A DNA stretch of 47,785 nt from the NCBI GenBank assembly GCA_030689605.1, contig JAUYFT010000001.1, positions 1-47,785 of the forward strand, written 5' to 3'. This document shows positions 18,115 through 27,965 of the stretch, piece by piece. Source of the DNA: a bacterium (GTDB taxonomy: Bacteria; Patescibacteriota; Patescibacteriia; PEXW01). How positions within the stretch are numbered: position 1 is the stretch's first letter; every line of letters begins with the position of its first letter. The notes beneath the pieces were generated by a model. The model ran no database searches. It was not told where the DNA came from and saw only the letters and a list, made by a program, of their open reading frames with translations. The position numbers and the translations under genes are program-made.

Positions 18115-19377
18115 ATGTTCACCTCCTTCCACCTCAAGAATGGCGCCCGGGTCATTATCGCTCCGCGGAAAGACACGCAGGCCGTCACGGTCATGGTGTT
18201 CGTCAAAGTTGGCTCACGGTACGAAGCCGTGCCGCTGAACGGCGCGTCGCACTTCTTGGAGCACCTCATGTTCAAGGGCACCAAGCGCCGGCCAGACACC
18301 CTAACCATTTCCAAAGAGCTGGATAGCATCGGCGCGGAGTTCAATGCGTTCACGAGCAAGGATCACACGGCGTACTACATCAAGGCCAGCAAGCAGCACT
18401 TGGACCTCGCCTTGGACATGCTCTCGGACATGCTCATCAACTCCAAGTTCGACGCCAAGGAGCTGGATCGCGAGCGTGGCGTCATCATCGAGGAGATTAA
18501 TATGTATGAGGATAATCCCATGGCGTTGGTGGAGGATGTTTTTGAAAAGCAGCTCTACGGCGGCACGCCGCTCGGCCGGAACATTGCTGGTACCAAGCAG
18601 GGGATTGCAGCCATGAATCGCAAAGCTATGTTGCAGTACAAAGATGCTTACTACGTCGGCAGCAACACCACTATTATCGTTTCGGGTAGCGTGCCGAAAA
18701 ATGTTCGTCCTCTTATCACCTCGTACTTCCAGAAGTATCCCAGCACACGTGTAGGGAAACGATTCGTTGCGCAAACAGGTTTTGCCAAGCCTGGGGTCGT
18801 CCTGCGGCAGAAAGCCACCGAGCAAGTCCATCTCACCATTGGCATGCCGACCTTCGGCTACCTGGACAAACGGAATGACGCATTGGCTCTGCTCTCCATT
18901 ATCCTCGGCGGGACTATGAGCTCGCGGCTCTTCATCGAAATTCGGGAGCGTCGCGGCCTCTGTTACTACATCCGCGCCAGCGTGAACCCGTACGAGCAGG
19001 TAGGGCACTTCGCCATTCAAGCCGGTATCGACAAGCAACGGATTGACCAGGCAATTCCCGCTATCACTGCTGAACTAGCCAAAGTTGTACGTTCTGGGGT
19101 GACAGCAGAAGAGCTCCACCGGGCAAAAGAGTACGTGAAGGGCAAGTTTATTCTTTCCTTGGAAGATTCCGAAAATGTCGCGGGCTGGTTGGGCAAGCAA
19201 GCCCTTTTTCAGCGGCAAGTGAAGACCGACGCAGAAAGGATTGTTGACTTCGAAAAGGTAACGCGACGCTCTGTCGAGCAGGTTGCTCGTCAGGTCTTGC
19301 GTCCGAGCGCGTTCCGGCTGGCCATTGTGGGTCCCTACACCGACCAGGCGCGGTTTGCCCGGCTTTTGCGCGGCTAG
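18115..19377 (+). CDS. M16 family zinc peptidase
   Basis: HFLEH inverted zinc motif, NAFTSKD, ERGVIIEE, SSRLFIEIRERRGLCY. Confidence 0.93.
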   Translation: MFTSFHLKNGARVIIAPRKDTQAVTVMVFVKVGSRYEAVPLNGASHFLEHLMFKGTKRRPDTLTISKELDSIGAEFNAFTSKDHTAYYIKASKQHLDLALDMLSDMLINSKFDAKELDRERGVIIEEINMYEDNPMALVEDVFEKQLYGGTPLGRNIAGTKQGIAAMNRKAMLQYKDAYYVGSNTTIIVSGSVPKNVRPLITSYFQKYPSTRVGKRFVAQTGFAKPGVVLRQKATEQVHLTIGMPTFGYLDKRNDALALLSIILGGTMSSRLFIEIRERRGLCYYIRASVNPYEQVGHFAIQAGIDKQRIDQAIPAITAELAKVVRSGVTAEELHRAKEYVKGKFILSLEDSENVAGWLGKQALFQRQVKTDAERIVDFEKVTRRSVEQVARQVLRPSAFRLAIVGPYTDQARFARLLRG

Positions 19378-19400
19378 GCTACAGGCGGTATACTGCCCAC

Positions 19401-20459
19401 ATGGATATTGGAGACAACCGAAACGTCAACGTCAGCATTTCCACCGCAACCATGCTTCGGCTGGTCGGCGTGGTTTTGCTTTTGGCCTTTGCGTACGCCA
19501 TCCGCGACGTTTTTATTCTCTTCCTCGTCGCCGTGGTTTTGGCCACAGCGCTCGATCCCTGGGTGGACAAGCTGCAATCTTGGCGCGTACCCCGAAGCCT
19601 CGGCCTCATCATTATATTTATCATTCTCTTCGGCGGCATTAGCGTTATTCTCGGCCTGCTTATCCCGCCGCTGGTTACGCAGTTCAACGAGCTTACCCAG
19701 AATTTCCCGGCAATCTACCAGAAGTTCATTGATGAGTTCCAAGCCCTTCGGGATCTCTCCAGCCAAGCTGGCATCCAGCAGAACATTAGCGGCGTCCTGC
19801 AGTCCATTCAGGGCAGCGTCACCAGCGCAGGGAGTAGTGTGTTTTCGGCGCTTAGTGGTTTCTTCGGGGGGGTGATTGCTTTTATCGCCGTGCTCATTAT
19901 CACCTTCTATATGGTGACCGAGGAGAGCGGCATGAAGAAGTTTTTCCGTTCCGTTGCGCCCTTGAAGTTCCAACCCTATCTGCACGAGCTCATAACTAAA
20001 ATCCAATTCAAGATGGGTGGTTGGCTTCGGGGTCAGCTCCTATTGCTGCTCATCGTGGCGATCATGAGTTACATTGGCCTGCTACTACTGGGCGTGAAGT
20101 ACGCCCTTATCTTGGCTTTATTTGCCGGCCTGATGGAGTTCATTCCCATGATTGGCTCCACCATTGCCATGGTGCCGGCGGCATTCATCGCGTTTACCCA
20201 AAGTCCAACGAAGGGTATCCTAACGATTATCCTTTTCATCGTGGTGCAGCAGCTTGAGAACAACTTTATTGTGCCAAAGGTCATGAAGAGCACAACTGGC
20301 CTGCACTCTATTGTGACCATCGTCGTCCTCCTCATTGGGGCAAAGGCTGCCGGGCTTCTGGGGATTATCCTTGCCGTTCCGGTTACGCTCATCGTCATGA
20401 CGGTGTACCAGGACATTTTCGGGAAGCGCCGAGAAGCAGAACTCCAGCTGGAACAGTAA
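19401..20459 (+). CDS. AI-2E family transporter
   Basis: Multi-TM; QQLENNFIVPKVM, GIILAVP. Confidence 0.9.
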   Translation: MDIGDNRNVNVSISTATMLRLVGVVLLLAFAYAIRDVFILFLVAVVLATALDPWVDKLQSWRVPRSLGLIIIFIILFGGISVILGLLIPPLVTQFNELTQNFPAIYQKFIDEFQALRDLSSQAGIQQNISGVLQSIQGSVTSAGSSVFSALSGFFGGVIAFIAVLIITFYMVTEESGMKKFFRSVAPLKFQPYLHELITKIQFKMGGWLRGQLLLLLIVAIMSYIGLLLLGVKYALILALFAGLMEFIPMIGSTIAMVPAAFIAFTQSPTKGILTIILFIVVQQLENNFIVPKVMKSTTGLHSIVTIVVLLIGAKAAGLLGIILAVPVTLIVMTVYQDIFGKRREAELQLEQ

Positions 20460-20470
20460 ATCCGAATCCT

Positions 20471-21934
20471 ATGCCCAAACGCGTCCCGCTCTTGCTGACG
20501 ACGCCTATTTACTACGCCAACGGGGCACCGCACGTTGGCTCGGCGTACACGACTATTGCAGCCGATGTTATTGCCCGTGCTTGGAAACAGCAGAACCGGA
20601 AAGTTTTTCTGCTTACCGGCACCGACGAGCACGGCCAGAAAGTTGCCGATACTGCGGCAAAGGCCGGCGTCACGCCCCAGGCCTTTGTTGACACGCAAGC
20701 CAAGGCCTTCCAACACGTGTTCCAGCAGCTCAACGTTGGTTTTGACAGATTCATTCGCACTACCGAGGCAGACCACGTTGTTGGCGTTAAGGATTTTTTG
20801 AATAAACTTAAAGCTGCTACCACGCCGCTTGGCCGTCCTGCGGTGTACCAAGGTGAATACAAGGGTTTGTACTGCCAGGGTTGTGAGCGTTTTCTCACCG
20901 AAAAGGAGCTGGTGGATGGGAGGTGCCCCCTGCACAACACCGTGCCGCAGGAGCTCGTGGAGCATAACTGGTTTTTTCGTCTAACCGACTATTTGCCGAA
21001 GCTAAAGAAAGCGCTCACGTCGAATAGCCTCCGCATTTTGCCATCGGCTGCCCGGCAAGAGGTGCTTGGCTACTTCACGCAAGGGATTCAGGATTTCTCT
21101 ATCTCGCGTGAAAACGTGAAGTGGGGCATTCCACTGCCGTGGGACAAGACGCAGACGGCGTACGTGTGGGTCGACGCGCTGCCGAACTACCTCACCGGTG
21201 TTGGCTACGGCAAGAATGCCCGTCAGTACCGGCAGTGGTGGCGTGGCGAAGTGGTGCACTTCATGGCGCGCGATATCCTGAAGTTCCACACTATCTACTG
21301 GCCGGCTCTGCTCATGGCCATCGGTGAGCCGGTGCCGGCAACCATGTTCGCGCATGGTTACTTCACCATTGATGGCCGCAAGATGAGCAAGAGCCTGGGC
21401 AATGTTATCGATCCAGTCGACCTGATTGGCAAGTACGGCGTGGATGGGACACGGTACCTTTTGCTCACGCCGTTTCCGTTCGGCCAGGATGGCGATTTGC
21501 CTGTGCAGCGTTTCATCGAGAAGTTTAATGCCGACCTGGCGAATGGTCTGGGTAACTTGTTGTCACGAACCACTAACATGGTGGAGCAGTACTGCGGGGG
21601 GGTGGTGAAATCTGTGGACGCGCCGAAGCCGCTTACCAAGGCCGAGCAGCAAACGCTCGCATACGACTTCACTGGCTCGCTCGTTACGACGTGGAAAGCA
21701 ATTGCGTGGGCTAATCAGGCGATTGATAGGGCGAAGCCTTGGGCTCTGGCGAAGAGCACAAAGCCAGCGGACGCGAAGAAGCTCGCGCTGCTCCTCGCGC
21801 AGCTCGTTGCGCAGCTATTGGAAATCAGCCACGCGCTCACGCCGTACCTACCCGTCACCAGCGCGACGATGACCAAGGCGCTGCGAGCCAAGAAGATCGT
21901 CAAAGCTCCACCACTATTCCAACGCGTCGTATGA
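20471..21934 (+). CDS. metG: Methionine--tRNA ligase (short form)
   Basis: TTPIYYANGAPHVG, GTDEHGQK, YVWVDAL, KMSKS. Confidence 0.96.
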   Translation: MPKRVPLLLTTPIYYANGAPHVGSAYTTIAADVIARAWKQQNRKVFLLTGTDEHGQKVADTAAKAGVTPQAFVDTQAKAFQHVFQQLNVGFDRFIRTTEADHVVGVKDFLNKLKAATTPLGRPAVYQGEYKGLYCQGCERFLTEKELVDGRCPLHNTVPQELVEHNWFFRLTDYLPKLKKALTSNSLRILPSAARQEVLGYFTQGIQDFSISRENVKWGIPLPWDKTQTAYVWVDALPNYLTGVGYGKNARQYRQWWRGEVVHFMARDILKFHTIYWPALLMAIGEPVPATMFAHGYFTIDGRKMSKSLGNVIDPVDLIGKYGVDGTRYLLLTPFPFGQDGDLPVQRFIEKFNADLANGLGNLLSRTTNMVEQYCGGVVKSVDAPKPLTKAEQQTLAYDFTGSLVTTWKAIAWANQAIDRAKPWALAKSTKPADAKKLALLLAQLVAQLLEISHALTPYLPVTSATMTKALRAKKIVKAPPLFQRVV

Positions 21935-22446
21935 GTACCGCGGATATCGTCCTCCTCATCCTCTGGTTCGGCTTTGTGTGGGCCGGATTTTGGTACGGCC
22001 TCATCCAGACGCTCGGCGGGGTTGTGGGTGTCATTGCCGGGGCGATTATCGCCGGCCGGACGTACACGATTGCTGGAGGTTGGTTCGGCGGCGCCGGTGA
22101 TCGGTTAGGCTTGAGTCAGTGGTTGGCCTTTACTATTATTTTCGTAATGGTCAACCGGGCGGTGGCAATTGCTACGGGCAGCGTCGGGAAAATCCTGAAC
22201 GTCGTGAAGGTTGTTCCTGGGGTAGGATCCATTAACCGTCTCGGCGGTGCCATTGTTGGTTTGGTGGAAGGTGCACTCATCCTCGGCTTACTCGTTGGCT
22301 TAGCACAACGGTTAGAAGTTAGCGCGAGTCTCACGGCATACCTCGAGGGCTCTCGCGTCGCCAGCCTGCTCGGTTCAATCGGCAGCAGTCTCATGCCGCT
22401 CTTACCCGAAGCCATTCGCGGGGTGAAAGCAATCATAAATGTCTAG
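21931..22446 (+). CDS. CvpA family membrane protein
   Basis: Start MSTADIVLLILW overlaps the metG stop (ATGA); NRLGGAIVG motif. Confidence 0.85.
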   Translation: MSTADIVLLILWFGFVWAGFWYGLIQTLGGVVGVIAGAIIAGRTYTIAGGWFGGAGDRLGLSQWLAFTIIFVMVNRAVAIATGSVGKILNVVKVVPGVGSINRLGGAIVGLVEGALILGLLVGLAQRLEVSASLTAYLEGSRVASLLGSIGSSLMPLLPEAIRGVKAIINV

Positions 22447-23137
22447 CACACTCTACATTGTCGCTACGCCCATTGGTAATCTGGATGACCTTAGTGTGCG
22501 CGCGAAGGAGACATTGGCGCACGTGAGCGCCATCCTGGCCGAAGATACGCGCGAGGCGGCGAAGATTCTTACGCACATTGGCGCCCAGAAAGAACTGATC
22601 CGCTACGACGAGCATACCCGCGGCGCGCGGGAAGACGCTATCATCGGCCGTCTCCGGAAAGGTGAATCATTTGCGCTCGTGGCCGACCGCGGCACGCCGA
22701 ACATTGCCGATCCCGGTGGGCGGCTGGTGGAGCGGGTGTACCGAGAGTGCCCCGAGGTGAAGGTCGTGCCAATTCCAGGTCCATCAGCCATGGCAACAGC
22801 ACTTTCGGTTTGTGGCTTTCCGCTTCAGCAGTACACGGGCTACGGTTTCCTGCCACTGAAGAACGGTCGGCAGACTATCCTCAAGAATATGGTAGCCGAT
22901 GAGCGTCCAGCAGTATTCTTCGAGTCACCCCATAGGGTTGAAAAAGTCCTTCAATTTTTTATTGATAACTGCCCCGAGCGGGAAGTCTTTGTTGCCCGCG
23001 AGCTTACTAAAACCTTTGAGCACCTCTACCGCGGCAAACCCGCCGACGCCCTCGCCGCGCTGCGTGACGACGCCGTGAAAGGGGAGTTCACCGTGGTGTT
23101 GGGGCCGGGGGGGAGCCAGAAAGCGCTAAAGCCATAG
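22439..23137 (+). CDS. rsmI: 16S rRNA C1402 2'-O-methyltransferase
   Basis: LYIVATPIGNL, AEDTR, GTPNIADPG, FESPHR, ARELTK. Confidence 0.95.
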   Translation: MSSTLYIVATPIGNLDDLSVRAKETLAHVSAILAEDTREAAKILTHIGAQKELIRYDEHTRGAREDAIIGRLRKGESFALVADRGTPNIADPGGRLVERVYRECPEVKVVPIPGPSAMATALSVCGFPLQQYTGYGFLPLKNGRQTILKNMVADERPAVFFESPHRVEKVLQFFIDNCPEREVFVARELTKTFEHLYRGKPADALAALRDDAVKGEFTVVLGPGGSQKALKP

Positions 23138-23237
23138 AGCTGTAGTTGGGAATGCATCCAATCACTATTGAGGAGATTTAGGCTTGGCAAAGTGCTTTCA
23201 TTCGAGAGCTTTCGGCATAGGCAGGAAAGCCCCTTCC

Positions 23238-23265
23238 TTGACATTTTGGCTTCAATTCATACAAT
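23238..23265 (+). promoter_or_regulatory. Promoter of the atp operon
   Basis: TTGACA-16 nt-TACAAT. Confidence 0.65.
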
Positions 23266-23333
23266 TATTGCGCGCCATATTTTTGGCCGATTCGGCGGAA
23301 TTCCCGCAGAACCACGCATTTTCCGTTCGGTTT

Positions 23334-23597
23334 ATGGCTGATACACTGCAGAAACAGGGGTTCTGGCAAGCCCTGGGCATGGCCTGGGAGTTGGGCTATA
23401 TCATCGCCATTCCCATCGTTATCCTGGGTTTGGGGGGGCGATTCCTGGATAAGCGCTTCGATACCTCGCCTTGGCTGTTCTTGGCCGGCGTCCTCCTCTC
23501 TATCGTTCTCACCTCGTTCGGGCTGGTCTGGAAGTTCAAAAAACTGCTCAAAGATGTCGAGCAGGAAACCACGCCACCCACATCACTAAAGAAGTAA
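23334..23597 (+). CDS. AtpZ/AtpI family ATP synthase accessory protein
   Basis: ELGYIIAIP..GRFLDKRFDTSPW; directly precedes atpB. Confidence 0.85.
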   Translation: MADTLQKQGFWQALGMAWELGYIIAIPIVILGLGGRFLDKRFDTSPWLFLAGVLLSIVLTSFGLVWKFKKLLKDVEQETTPPTSLKK

Positions 23598-24338
23598 ATG
23601 GCCGAAGTCTCCCTCGCTGCCGAAACCGTATTCCACCTGGGGCCAATCCCCATCAACAACAGCGTCCTTACTACCTGGATTGTCGTCGTACTCATCATCA
23701 TTGGTGCATCGTTCCTCCGCAAGGCCAAGCTGGTGCCGCATGGGTTGCAGAACCTGGTGGAGTTTTTGTTCGACGGCGCCCTGGGGATAATGGACTCGGT
23801 CACTGGGAGCCGGGCGCAATCGGAGAAGTTCTTCCCCTTCATCTTCACGTTCTTCATCTTCATCCTCATTGGCAACTGGCTTGGCCTCTTGCCGGGGGTA
23901 GGGACGATTGGCTTCCACGAAGTGCACGAAGGCAAAGAAGTTTTTGTGCCAATCTTGCGTGGTCCAGCAGCAGATTTGAACTTCACCCTGGCGCTCGCGC
24001 TCATCTCTGTGGTGGCGACACAGGTGATTGCGGTATTTACCATCGGTATTGCCAAGCACTTGAAGAAGTACATTAACTTCAAGGATCCCATCATGGGCTT
24101 CGTCGGCGCACTGGAAGCCATGTCAGAGTTTGCCAAGATCCTCTCATTCAGCTTCCGGTTGTTCGGCAACGTTTTCGCCGGGGAAGTGCTACTCATCGTC
24201 ATCGGCCTCATCATCCCGTACATCGTTCCTATCCCATTCATGTTCCTAGAGATTTTCGTGGGTTTTATCCAGGCGTTCATTTTCGCCATGCTCACCCTGG
24301 TCTTCCTAAAAGTCGCCACCACCGCGCACGAACATTAG
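23598..24338 (+). CDS. atpB: ATP synthase Fo subunit a
   Basis: QNLVE, GNWLGLLPG, SFSFRLFGNVFAGE, IQAFIF. Confidence 0.96.
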   Translation: MAEVSLAAETVFHLGPIPINNSVLTTWIVVVLIIIGASFLRKAKLVPHGLQNLVEFLFDGALGIMDSVTGSRAQSEKFFPFIFTFFIFILIGNWLGLLPGVGTIGFHEVHEGKEVFVPILRGPAADLNFTLALALISVVATQVIAVFTIGIAKHLKKYINFKDPIMGFVGALEAMSEFAKILSFSFRLFGNVFAGEVLLIVIGLIIPYIVPIPFMFLEIFVGFIQAFIFAMLTLVFLKVATTAHEH

Positions 24339-24341
24339 CTC

Positions 24342-24394
24342 CCACCACCCCGTCCCGCTACTGCGGGACACCCCTCCTCCGGCAGGAGGGGAGG
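24342..24394. repeat. REP-like element (CCACCACCCCGTC...ACCCCTCCT...AGGAGGGG type)
   Basis: GTCCCGC/GCGGGAC and CCCCTCCT/AGGAGGGG hairpins. Confidence 0.7.
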
Positions 24395-24520
24395 CAGCAC
24401 CTAGCGATGAAGCGTTGAATCCTGAAAGTCAGAACTCAACGTTTCACCACTAACTGTACCGACCGTCCGACGTTAAACACCCAACCCTCGTCGGGGCGCA
24501 GGTACGAAAGGGAAAGTAGT

Positions 24521-24748
24521 ATGGAAGAAGCTTCAGCAAAGTTGTTCGCCGCCGCACTGGCCATTGCTATCGGTGGATTCGGTCCAGCGTTCGCCATCGG
24601 TAAGCTCGCCGCCAAGGCTATGGAAGCCATTGGCCGCAACCCCGAAGCCGCGAGCAAGATCCAGGTGCCAATGCTCATCGCCATGGCGTTCGCCGAAGCC
24701 ATTGCCGTGTACGCGCTGGTCGTTGCCCTCATCATTAAGTTCGTCTAG
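24521..24748 (+). CDS. atpE: ATP synthase Fo subunit c
   Basis: GRNPEA loop and conserved Glu in AFAEAIA. Confidence 0.97.
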   Translation: MEEASAKLFAAALAIAIGGFGPAFAIGKLAAKAMEAIGRNPEAASKIQVPMLIAMAFAEAIAVYALVVALIIKFV

Positions 24749-24813
24749 TTCTTCGCTGACGAATCCCTCGCCAATGCTGGCGGGGGAAGGCTAGCGAGTA
24801 ACACCTCAAATTT

Positions 24814-25317
24814 ATGGAAGAGTTAGTCAAGAAATTCGGCATCGAACCCGCGCTACTCCTGGCGCAAATGCTCAATTTCGGCATTGTCCTCTTTGTGCTG
24901 TGGAAGTTCGCCTACAAGCCCGTGCTGAATGCAATGCGCGAGCGCCGCGAAAAAATCGAGAAGAGCTTAAAGGATGCCAAGGCCGTGGAACAGAAGCTCG
25001 CTGAAGCTGAACAGTTAAAAGAGGTGAAAATTTTGGAAGCTCGGAAAGAGGCGCAGCACATTATGGAGAAGGTGGAGGTAGAGAGCGAACGGTACCGCAA
25101 GCAGCGTATTGAGGAAATTGATGCCGAGCTCGCGAACATACGGAAGCACGCGCGGAACGAAATTGCCGCCGAGAAGCTGCAGGCGCTCACCGAGGCGAAG
25201 ACCGAGCTCGTGAACCTGGTGATTAGTGCTACGCAAAAGGTAGTACCGCAAGGCACAACCAAAGACCTCGACAAGAAACTAGTTGCTGAAGCTGTTGAAG
25301 AAAGTCGAAATGCTTAA
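24814..25317 (+). CDS. atpF: ATP synthase Fo subunit b
   Basis: AQMLNF TM, KFAYKP, coiled coil. Confidence 0.94.
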   Translation: MEELVKKFGIEPALLLAQMLNFGIVLFVLWKFAYKPVLNAMRERREKIEKSLKDAKAVEQKLAEAEQLKEVKILEARKEAQHIMEKVEVESERYRKQRIEEIDAELANIRKHARNEIAAEKLQALTEAKTELVNLVISATQKVVPQGTTKDLDKKLVAEAVEESRNA

Positions 25318-25339
25318 TACAAACTTCTTCCAATCATTT

Positions 25340-25433
25340 CGACCCGCCGAAGCGCACCCTCCTACGCTAAAGCTTCGGAGGGTTGCCCACCTGTTTATGC
25401 ATACACTCTCGTCCCTTAACGCGAAGGTGGGCA
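25340..25433. repeat. Composite REP-like hairpins between atpF and atpH
   Basis: ACCCTCCTACGCTAAAGCTTCGGAGGGT and TTGCCCACCT/AGGTGGGCAA stems, the latter abutting the atpH ATG. Confidence 0.65.
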
Positions 25434-25835
25434 ATGCGTAAAGCCTCTGTCCGCCAGTACGCCGAAGCTTACCTAAGCGCTGCGCAAGTTGCGCCCGTGA
25501 AGGATCGCGTTGCGGTGGCCGACCGGCTCGTACGCGCCTTGGCTCGTCAGCGGCAGCTGCGGCTCATCCCGCGCATTGCTGCCGAGCTCGAACGACTCAT
25601 CGCCGAGCAGGGCGGCCCCCTGATCGTGAAAGTGCGGAGCGCGAAGGCCCTCACAGTAACTGAAGACGCCGAACTCACGGCAAACCTAGAAAAAGCCTTG
25701 AACCAGAAAGTGAAAATCCGGCATGTGCATGAAGCCAAGCTCCTCGCAGGCGTGAAGATCCAGGTGGGGGATCGCCTCATAGATAACGCTCTGTCTAGCC
25801 GATTAACAAATCTCAAAGCTCATTTACTGCAGTAG
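25434..25835 (+). CDS. atpH: ATP synthase F1 subunit delta (short)
   Basis: RQYAEA, VRSAKAL, LLAGVKIQVGDRLID; operon position. Confidence 0.9.
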   Translation: MRKASVRQYAEAYLSAAQVAPVKDRVAVADRLVRALARQRQLRLIPRIAAELERLIAEQGGPLIVKVRSAKALTVTEDAELTANLEKALNQKVKIRHVHEAKLLAGVKIQVGDRLIDNALSSRLTNLKAHLLQ

Positions 25836-25848
25836 CGATTAGGGATGA

Positions 25849-25902
25849 GGAGTAGAAGCTTTAGCTTCTTGGTTATATACCAGAGGCTGAAGCCTCTACT
25901 CC
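25849..25902. repeat. REPIN: inverted pair of GTAG-type REPs matching the RAYT flanks
   Basis: GGAGTAGAAGCTTTAGCTTCT...AGAGGCTGAAGCCTCTACTCC, nearly identical to 29458-29510. Confidence 0.9.
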
Positions 25903-25912
25903 TAGAGAAAAA

Positions 25913-25943
25913 TAAAAAGCGCCACGAGGTTATCGCAGCGCTT
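25913..25943 (-). terminator. Terminator hairpin containing the stop codon of the antisense ORF (cassette A)
   Basis: Minus strand AAGCGCTGCGA-TAACC-TCGTGGCGCTT-TTT; identical to 29573-29603. Confidence 0.8.
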
Positions 25944-26199
25944 TCGAGCGGTTCTCCTGTATCGTTGAAATGGTGAGTACAACGATAAGTCCTAAGAAAC
26001 AGATCAGTGTTATTATCCCAGCATGTAAACGAACATCATGGTTACGGACGCCAAGCACTACAAAAGTAATGCCTACTCCTAGCCAGACTATTAGGACGAG
26101 ACAACAGAAGAGCCCAGAGATCCAATCACAAATTACGTTTACAGTTTTATCGGATTCGCTGCCCTGAAGTTGCTCATTTGAAGCATTGTCAGTGTTCAC
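25930..26199 (-). CDS. Small two-TM orphan membrane protein, antisense within the atp operon
   Basis: GGAGG-aaaat-GTG start (track start 26211); TTGACA-17-TATGTT promoter; own terminator. Confidence 0.65.
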   Translation of the reverse strand: MNTDNASNEQLQGSESDKTVNVICDWISGLFCCLVLIVWLGVGITFVVLGVRNHDVRLHAGIITLICFLGLIVVLTISTIQENRSKALR

Positions 26200-26254
26200 A
26201 TTTTCCTCCAAAATCTCGGTTTGTTTGCTTAAAACATATTCCCTCTTTCCCTCG

Positions 26255-26318
26255 CTGTCAACCCCTGAAGGGAAATGCTAGGCGCGAAAGGAATTTCGCC
26301 CCTGACCCACCTCTTCAA
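26255..26318 (+). repeat. Conserved structured element upstream of atpA (copy A)
   Basis: Homologous to 29831-29895; GCGAAA-GGAA-TTTCGC hairpin. Confidence 0.85.
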
Positions 26319-26320
26319 TT

Positions 26321-26440
26321 GTCATCCTGAGTCCCGCATGTGCGGGACGACCTGCCCGCCGAACTCGCTATGGCGAGGCAGGCGGGAGGATCTTGCCCGG
26401 AAGGCAGCACAGCAAGATTCCTCGTTGAGCTCGGAATGAC
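26321..26440. repeat. GTCATCCTGAG...AGGATCT...GGAATGAC REP-like element with a nested CCTGCCCGCC hairpin
   Basis: 36-nt hairpin 26351-26386 interrupts CGA|AGGATCT. Confidence 0.8.
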
Positions 26441-26472
26441 AGAATACAATATTTTCATCATTAACCACTCCT

Positions 26473-27963
26473 ATGCCCCATACAATTGTCGACGTTTTGA
26501 AAGCCCAGCTCCAGTCATACACCGCCGCAGCCAGCACTGCTACGGTTGGCCACGTCATTGACGTCGGCGATGGTATCGCGCGCGTGGAAGGTTTAAGTAA
26601 CGTGAAATCTAGTGAAAAAGTTACTTTCGCGTCCGGTGCCACTGGCGTCGCGCTCAATCTGGAGGAAGACACGGTCGGCATCATGATCCTCAACGGCGCG
26701 ACAGACGTGACCGAAGGTGAAGAAGTCCGCGGTACTGGCCAGGTCATGTCCGTGCCTGTGGGCGATGCGCTCATTGGCCGCGTGGTGAACCCGCTGGGCG
26801 AACCAATTGATGGCAAAGGTGCAATCAAAGCCACCGACATTTTTCCTGTAGAGCGCGTGGCGCCTGGGGTCATTACCCGCGAGTCGGTGAAGCAACCCGT
26901 GCAGACGGGTATCAAGGCAATCGACGCACTCATCCCCATCGGTCGCGGCCAGCGCGAGCTCATCATCGGCGACCGTCAGACCGGCAAGACCGCCATTGCC
27001 ATTGATACGATTATCAACCAGAAAAATAGCGGCGTCATCTGCATCTACGTGGCCATTGGTCAGAAGGCGAGTAAGATCGCGCGCATTGTCGCCGAGCTGG
27101 AGAAGCATGGCGCCATGAATCACACTATCATAGTCCTGGCGAGCGCTGCCGACCCTGCTGCGCTCTCGTTCCTCGCGCCGTACGCCGGCTGTGCCATGGG
27201 CGAGTACTTCATGAGTAAGGGCAAGGACAGCCTCGTGGTGTATGACGACCTCTCTAAGCACGCCTGGGCCTACCGCCAAGTCTCGCTGCTGCTCCGCCGC
27301 CCCCCCGGCCGCGAAGCCTACCCCGGTGACATTTTCTACCTCCACTCTCGGCTATTGGAGCGCGCAGCCAAGCTCAACCAGGACAACGGTGGCGGTTCAC
27401 TCACAGCCTTGCCAATCATCGAGACGCAGGCTGGCGACATGAGTGCGTACATTCCCACCAACGTCATCTCCATCACTGATGGCCAGATTATTCTGGAATC
27501 AGACTTGTTCTACCAGGGTCAGCGCCCGGCGTTGAACGTTGGCCTCTCGGTTTCCCGCGTGGGTTCCAGTGCCCAGCGCAAAGCCATGAAGAAAGTGGCG
27601 GGTAAGCTCCGCTTGGACATGGCCCAGTACCGTGAGCTCGCCGCGTTCGCGCAGTTCGGCTCTGACCTGGACGCCGCCACCAAGCAGCAGCTAGAGCGCG
27701 GCAAGCGCACGGCCGAGTTGCTGAAGCAGGGGATTGGTCAGCCCATGCCTATGCCCGAGCAAGTGGCGGTGCTCTACGCAGTCACGCAGGGCTACCTGGA
27801 TGATGTGGAAGTCGAGAACGTCCAAAACTGGGAGAAGAATTTCCTCAAGAGCCTCCGCACGGGTGCCAGCGATTGGATTAAGGCAATTGACGACAAAGGC
27901 GAGCTCACGCCTGAACTGGGAGAGCAGCTGAAGACCGCGCTCACCACTTTCAAGAAAAGCTAA
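26473..27963 (+). CDS. atpA: ATP synthase F1 subunit alpha
   Basis: [31 protein letters not shown]. Confidence 0.98.
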   Translation: MPHTIVDVLKAQLQSYTAAASTATVGHVIDVGDGIARVEGLSNVKSSEKVTFASGATGVALNLEEDTVGIMILNGATDVTEGEEVRGTGQVMSVPVGDALIGRVVNPLGEPIDGKGAIKATDIFPVERVAPGVITRESVKQPVQTGIKAIDALIPIGRGQRELIIGDRQTGKTAIAIDTIINQKNSGVICIYVAIGQKASKIARIVAELEKHGAMNHTIIVLASAADPAALSFLAPYAGCAMGEYFMSKGKDSLVVYDDLSKHAWAYRQVSLLLRRPPGREAYPGDIFYLHSRLLERAAKLNQDNGGGSLTALPIIETQAGDMSAYIPTNVISITDGQIILESDLFYQGQRPALNVGLSVSRVGSSAQRKAMKKVAGKLRLDMAQYRELAAFAQFGSDLDAATKQQLERGKRTAELLKQGIGQPMPMPEQVAVLYAVTQGYLDDVEVENVQNWEKNFLKSLRTGASDWIKAIDDKGELTPELGEQLKTALTTFKKS

Positions 27964-27965
27964 AC

